A stretch of 64,000 nucleotides of DNA, from assembly GCA_002269645.1 (NCBI GenBank), contig NIVC01000010.1, positions 124,001-188,000 on the forward strand. Reading direction: 5' to 3'. The DNA is from Macrostomum lignano. Taxonomy: Eukaryota. A program made the position numbers and the translations under genes. Numbering within the stretch: the first letter of the stretch is position 1; each line of letters opens with the position of its first letter. The notes below the pieces were generated by a model. It did not search any database. It was not told the DNA's origin and saw only the letters and a program-made list of their open reading frames with translations. This document shows, one piece after another, positions 58,001 to 64,000 of the stretch.

Positions 58001-61000
58001 TGATTGAGACACACTTCAGAATGCAGGCTTATTTGATTGAGACACACTTCAGAATGCAGGCTTATTTGATTGAGACACACTTCAGAATGCGGCTTATTTG
58101 ATTGAGACACACTTCAGAATGCGCTTATTTGATTGAGACACACTTCAGAATGCGGCTTATTTGATTGAGACACACTTCAGAATGCGCTTATTTGATTGAG
58201 ACACACTTCAGAATGCGCTTATTTGATTGAGACACACTTCAGAATGCGCACTTATTTGATTGAGACACACTTCAGAATGAGGCTTATTTGATTGAGACAC
58301 ACTTCAGAATGCGCTTATTTGATTGAGACACACTTCAGAATGCGCTTATTTGATTGAGACACACTTCAGAATGAGGCTTATTTGATTGAGACACACTTCA
58401 GAATGAGGCTTATTTGATTGAGACACACTTCAGATGTGCGCTTATTTGATTGAGACACACTTCAGAATGCGCTTATTTGATTGAGACACACTTCAGAATG
58501 AGGCTTATTTGATTGAGACACACTTCAGAATGTGCGCTTATTTGATTGAGACACACTTCAGAATGCGCACTTATTTGATTGAGACACACTTCAGAATGAG
58601 GCTTATTTGATTGAGACACACTTCAGAATGAGGCTTATTTGATTGAGACACACTTCAGAATGCGCTTATTTGATTGAGACACACTTCAGAATGCGCTTAT
58701 TTGATTGAGACACACTTCAGAATGAGGCTTATTTGATTGAGACACACTTCAGAATGCGCTTATTTGATTGAGACACACTTCAGAATGCGCTTATTTGATT
58801 GAGACACACTTCAGAATGAGGCTTATTTGATTGAGACACACTTCAGAATGCAGGCTTATTTGATTGAGACACACTTCAGAATGCGGCTTATTTGATTGAG
58901 ACACACTTCAGAATGCGGCTTATTTGATTGAGACACACTTCAGAATGCGGCTTATTTGATTGAGACACACTTCAGAATGCGCTTATTTGATTGAGACACA
59001 CTTCAGAATGCAGGCTTATTTGATTGAGACACACTTCAGAATGCGGCTTATTTGATTGAGACACACTTCAGAATGCGGCTTATTTGATTGAGACACACTT
59101 CAGAATGCGCTTATTTGATTGAGACACACTTCAGAATGCGGCTTATTTGATTGAGACACACTTCAGAATGCGCTTATTTGATTGAGACACACTTCAGAAT
59201 TGTGCGCTTATTTGATTGAGACACACTTCAGATTGCGCTTATTTGATTGAGACACACTTCAGAATGCGGCTTATTTGATTGAGACACACTTCAGATTGTG
59301 CGCTTATTTGATTGAGACACACTTCAGATTGTGCGCTTATTTGATTGAGACACACTTCAGATGTGCGCTTATTTGATTGAGACACACTTCAGAATGTGCG
59401 CTTATTTGATTGAGACACACTTCAGAATGCACTTATTTGATTGAGACACACTTCAGATGTGCGCTTATTTGATTGAGACACACTTCAGAATGCGCTTATT
59501 TGATTGAGACACACTTCAGAATGCGCTTATTTGATTGAGACACACTTCAGAATGCGCTTATTTGATTGAGACACACTTCAGAATGCAGGCTTATTTGATT
59601 GAGACACACTTCAGAATGCAGGCTTATTTGATTGAGACACACTTCAGAATGCAGGCTTATTTGATTGAGACACACTTCAGAATGCAGGCTTATTTGATTG
59701 AGACACACTTCAGAATGCAGGCTTATTTGATTGAGACACACTTCAGAATGCAGGCTTATTTGATTGAGACACACTTCAGAATGCGCTTATTTGATTGAGA
59801 CACACTTCAGAATGCGGCTTATTTGATTGAGACACACTTCAGAATGCGCTTATTTGATTGAGACACACTTCAGATGTGCGCTTATTTGATTGAGACACAC
59901 TTCAGAATGCGCTTATTTGATTGAGACACACTTCAGAATGAGGCTTATTTGATTGAGACACACTTCAGAATGCGCTTATTTGATTGAGACACACTTCAGA
60001 ATGCGCTTATTTGATTGAGACACACTTCAGAATGAGGCTTATTTGATTGAGACACACTTCAGAATGAGGCTTATTTGATTGAGACACACTTCAGATGCGC
60101 TTATTTGATTGAGACACACTTCAGAATGCGCACTTATTTGATTGAGACACACTTCAGAATGAGGCTTATTTGATTGAGACACACTTCAGAATGCGCTTAT
60201 TTGATTGAGACACACTTCAGAATGCGCTTATTTGATTGAGACACACTTCAGAATGAGGCTTATTTGATTGAGACACACTTCAGAATGCAGGCTTATTTGA
60301 TTGAGACACACTTCAGAATGCGCTTATTTGATTGAGACACACTTCAGAATGTGCGCTTATTTGATTGAGACACACTTCAGAATGCGCTTATTTGATTGAG
60401 ACACACTTCAGAATGCGCTTATTTGATTGAGACACACTTCAGAATGCGCTTATTTGATTGAGACACACTTCAGAATGTGGCTTATTTGATTGAGACACAC
60501 TTCAGATGCGCTTATTTGATTGAGACACACTTCAGAATGTGCGCTTATTTGATTGAGACACACTTCAGATGTGCGCTTATTTGATTGAGACACACTTCAG
60601 AATGCGCTTATTTGATTGAGACACACTTCAGATTGTGCGCTTATTTGATTGAGACACACTTCAGAATGTGCGCTTATTTGATTGAGACACACTTCAGATG
60701 TGCGCTTATTTGATTGAGACACACTTCAGAATTGTGCGCTTATTTGATTGAGACACACTTCAGAATGCGCTTATTTGATTGAGACACACTTCAGATGTGC
60801 GCTTATTTGATTGAGACACACTTCAGAATGCGCTTATTTGATTGAGACACACTTCAGAATGCACTTATTTGATTGAGACACACTTCAGATGTGCGCTTAT
60901 TTGATTGAGACACACTTCAGAATGCGGCTTATTTGATTGAGACACACTTCAGAATGCAGGCTTATTTGATTGAGACACACTTCAGAATGCAGGCTTATTT

Positions 61001-64000
61001 GATTGAGACACACTTCAGAATGCGCTTATTTGATTGAGACACACTTCAGAATGCAGGCTTATTTGATTGAGACACACTTCAGAATGCAGCTTATTTGATT
61101 GAGACACACTTCAGAATGCGCTTATTTGATTGAGACACACTTCAGAATGCGGCTTATTTGATTGAGACACACTTCAGAATGCGCTTATTTGATTGAGACA
61201 CACTTCAGATTGTGCGCTTATTTGATTGAGACACACTTCAGAATGCGCACTTATTTGATTGAGACACACTTCAGAATGAGGCTTATTTGATTGAGACACA
61301 CTTCAGAATGTGCGCTTATTTGATTGAGACACACTTCAGAATGCGCTTATTTGATTGAGACACACTTCAGAATGAGGCTTATTTGATTGAGACACACTTC
61401 AGAATGAGGCTTATTTGATTGAGACACACTTCAGAATGTGCGCTTATTTGATTGAGACACACTTCAGAATGCGCTTATTTGATTGAGACACACTTCAGAA
61501 TGAGGCTTATTTGATTGAGACACACTTCAGAATGTGGCTTATTTGATTGAGACACACTTCAGAATGCGCTTATTTGATTGAGACACACTTCAGAATGAGG
61601 CTTATTTGATTGAGACACACTTCAGAATGCGCTTATTTGATTGAGACACACTTCAGAATGCGCTTATTTGATTGAGACACACTTCAGAATGCGGCTTATT
61701 TGATTGAGACACACTTCAGAATGCAGGCTTATTTGATTGAGACACACTTCAGAATGCGGCTTATTTGATTGAGACACACTTCAGAATGCGGCTTATTTGA
61801 TTGAGACACACTTCAGAATGCAGGCTTATTTGATTGAGACACACTTCAGAATGCGGCTTATTTGATTGAGACACACTTCAGAATGCAGGCTTATTTGATT
61901 GAGACACACTTCAGAATGCGGCTTATTTGATTGAGACACACTTCAGAATGCGCTTATTTGATTGAGACACACTTCAGAATGCGGCTTATTTGATTGAGAC
62001 ACACTTCAGAATGCGCTTATTTGATTGAGACACACTTCAGAATGCGCTTATTTGATTGAGACACACTTCAGAATGCGCTTATTTGATTGAGACACACTTC
62101 AGAATGAGGCTTATTTGATTGAGACACACTTCAGAATGCGCTTATTTGATTGAGACACACTTCAGAATGCGCTTATTTGATTGAGACACACTTCAGAATG
62201 AGGCTTATTTGATTGAGACACACTTCAGAATGAGGCTTATTTGATTGAGACACACTTCAGATTGTGCGCTTATTTGATTGAGACACACTTCAGAATGCGC
62301 ACTTATTTGATTGAGACACACTTCAGAATGAGGGCTTATTTGATTGAGACACACTTCAGATGTGCGCTTATTTGATTGAGACACACTTCAGAATGCGCAC
62401 TTATTTGATTGAGACACACTTCAGAATGAGGCTTATTTGATTGAGACACACTTCAGAATGAGGCTTATTTGATTGAGACACACTTCAGAATGCGCTTATT
62501 TGATTGAGACACACTTCAGAATGCGCTTATTTGATTGAGACACACTTCAGAATGAGGCTTATTTGATTGAGACACACTTCAGAATGCGCTTATTTGATTG
62601 AGACACACTTCAGAATGCGCTTATTTGATTGAGACACACTTCAGAATGCGGCTTATTTGATTGAGACACACTTCAGAATGCAGGCTTATTTGATTGAGAC
62701 ACACTTCAGAATGCGCTTATTTGATTGAGACACACTTCAGAATGCGCTTATTTGATTGAGACACACTTCAGAATGCGGCTTATTTGATTGAGACACACTT
62801 CAGAATGCAGGCTTATTTGATTGAGACACACTTCAGAATGCGGCTTATTTGATTGAGACACACTTCAGAATGCGGCTTATTTGATTGAGACACACTTCAG
62901 AATGCAGGCTTATTTGATTGAGACACACTTCAGAATGCGCTTATTTGATTGAGACACACTTCAGAATGCGGCTTATTTGATTGAGACACACTTCAGAATG
63001 CGGCTTATTTGATTGAGACACACTTCAGAATGAGGCTTATTTGATTGAGACACACTTCAGAATGCGCTTATTTGATTGAGACACACTTCAGAATGCGCTT
63101 ATTTGATTGAGACACACTTCAGAATGTGCGCTTATTTGATTGAGACACACTTCAGAATGCACTTATTTGATTGAGACACACTTCAGAATGTGCGCTTATT
63201 TGATTGAGACACACTTCAGAATGTGCGCTTATTTGATTGAGACACACTTCAGAATGCACTTATTTGATTGAGACACACTTCAGAATGCGCTTATTTGATT
63301 GAGACACACTTCAGAATGCGCTTATTTGATTGAGACACACTTCAGAATGAGGCTTATTTGATTGAGACACACTTCAGAATGCGCTTATTTGATTGAGACA
63401 CACTTCAGAATGCGCTTATTTGATTGAGACACACTTCAGAATGAGGCTTATTTGATTGAGACACACTTCAGAATGCAGGCTTATTTGATTGAGACACACT
63501 TCAGAATGCGCTTATTTGATTGAGACACACTTCAGAATGCGCTTATTTGATTGAGACACACTTCAGAATGCGGCTTATTTGATTGAGACACACTTCAGAA
63601 TGCAGGCTTATTTGATTGAGACACACTTCAGAATGCGCTTATTTGATTGAGACACACTTCAGAATGCGGCTTATTTGATTGAGACACACTTCAGAATGCA
63701 GGCTTATTTGATTGAGACACACTTCAGAATGCAGGCTTATTTGATTGAGACACACTTCAGAATGCGGCTTATTTGATTGAGACACACTTCAGAATGCGGC
63801 TTATTTGATTGAGACACACTTCAGAATGCGGCTTATTTGATTGAGACACACTTCAGAATGCGCTTATTTGATTGAGACACACTTCAGAATGAGGCTTATT
63901 TGATTGAGACACACTTCAGAATGCGCTTATTTGATTGAGACACACTTCAGAATGCGCTTATTTGATTGAGACACACTTCAGAATGAGGCTTATTTGATTG
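43075..64000. repeat. Long 33-bp satellite array, >20.9 kb, runs off right edge: invariant CTTATTTGATTGAGACACACTTCAGA plus variable 5-7 nt
   Basis: Roughly 640-650 units estimated from length; source of all (AYLIETHFRMQ)n and (EVCLNQISLHS)n ORFs. Confidence 0.98.

Noticed and set aside
43075-64000. CRISPR array
   Set aside because: The variable parts are 5-7 nt, drawn from a few recurring related words, not unique 25-45-nt spacers. No cas genes, and the context is eukaryotic.

Overview
Eukaryotic (metazoan) genomic DNA: GC-rich spliced exons, AT-rich spacers and a minisatellite in most introns. The style suggests a free-living flatworm such as Macrostomum, but that is inference only. No prokaryotic features and no CRISPR. 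Supported genes: UBL3 (3 exons, CaaX end), ARL15 (3 exons), WDR27 (minus strand, 7 exons, one 1-nt frameshift), an orphan coiled-coil gene head-to-head with WDR27, and a 2-exon single-pass membrane protein with a probable degenerate C2 domain. The best finding is a tandem pair of 2-exon secreted peptide precursors (27187-27754, 29212-29829). Their propeptides are unalignable, but both end in KR + CR[LM][YF]DHRACPIG + stop, which resembles a vasopressin/oxytocin-type cyclic peptide with a larger ring and no neurophysin. A tentative secreted Cys-rich (knottin/prokineticin-like) gene lies at 14.5-20.8 kb. The window also holds a decayed Ty3/Gypsy integrase, tRNA-derived SINEs, two non-autonomous TIR elements and two unique cores flanked by inverted minisatellite arms. 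It ends in a >20.9 kb 33-bp satellite built of an invariant 26-mer plus a variable 5-7-mer. Most long ORFs in the supplied track are translations of tandem repeats.
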